Shown here in pieces: positions 63,990 through 64,000 of a stretch of 64,000 nt of DNA. The DNA is taken from sequence record OQ721911; one strand, given 5' to 3'. Positions within the stretch are counted from its first letter, which is position 1, and every line of letters begins with the position of its first letter. The notes below the pieces were generated by a model. The model was not told where the DNA came from. It saw only the letters and a program-made list of their open reading frames with translations, and did not search any database. The DNA comes from Escherichia phage vB_VIPECOOM03. The position numbers and the translations under genes are program-made.

Positions 63990-64000
63990 AATTTTCCTTA

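Overview
This window is a contiguous block of a T-even (T4-like, Tequatrovirus-type) phage genome running from the 3' part of the major capsid gene 23 to within 11 bp of the rIIB start. Almost every ORF is recognisable by direct similarity to T4 proteins I know from memory; no database search was possible. Late structural genes sit on the + strand (23, 24, uvsW, 51-27-28-29-48-54, 34-35-36-37-38, t). Early and middle genes sit on the - strand (rnlB, hoc, inh, uvsY, 25, 26, alt, 30, rIII, 31, cd, pseT, alc, rnlA, denA, nrdB, nrdA, td, frd, 32, 59, 33, dsbA, rnh, asiA, arn, motA, 52, ac, stp, ndd, denB, rIIB), interspersed with many small ORFs joined by ATGA/TAATG overlaps. Regulation is visible in sequence: TATAAATA late promoters, about ten highly conserved GTTTACA-type early promoters, and GGGCC-(GAAG/UUCG)-GGCCC terminator hairpins. 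The phage looks T2-like rather than T4 itself: gp38 is a glycine-rich adhesin, gp37 carries a C-terminal intramolecular-chaperone-like domain, td and nrdB are uninterrupted, and no segD, segE or mobE homing endonuclease gene is present. I found no clearly new multi-gene system. The items most worth a second look are a tandem pair of Alt-family ADP-ribosyltransferase genes, a perfect 127-bp tandem duplication at the gene 35/36 junction, a NADAR-like ORF next to a HAD-like phosphatase ORF, a translationally coupled 68-aa ORF between frd and td, and two about 150-bp non-coding stretches flanking rIII. For several of these I cannot tell from memory whether the same arrangement exists in the T4/T2 reference genomes.
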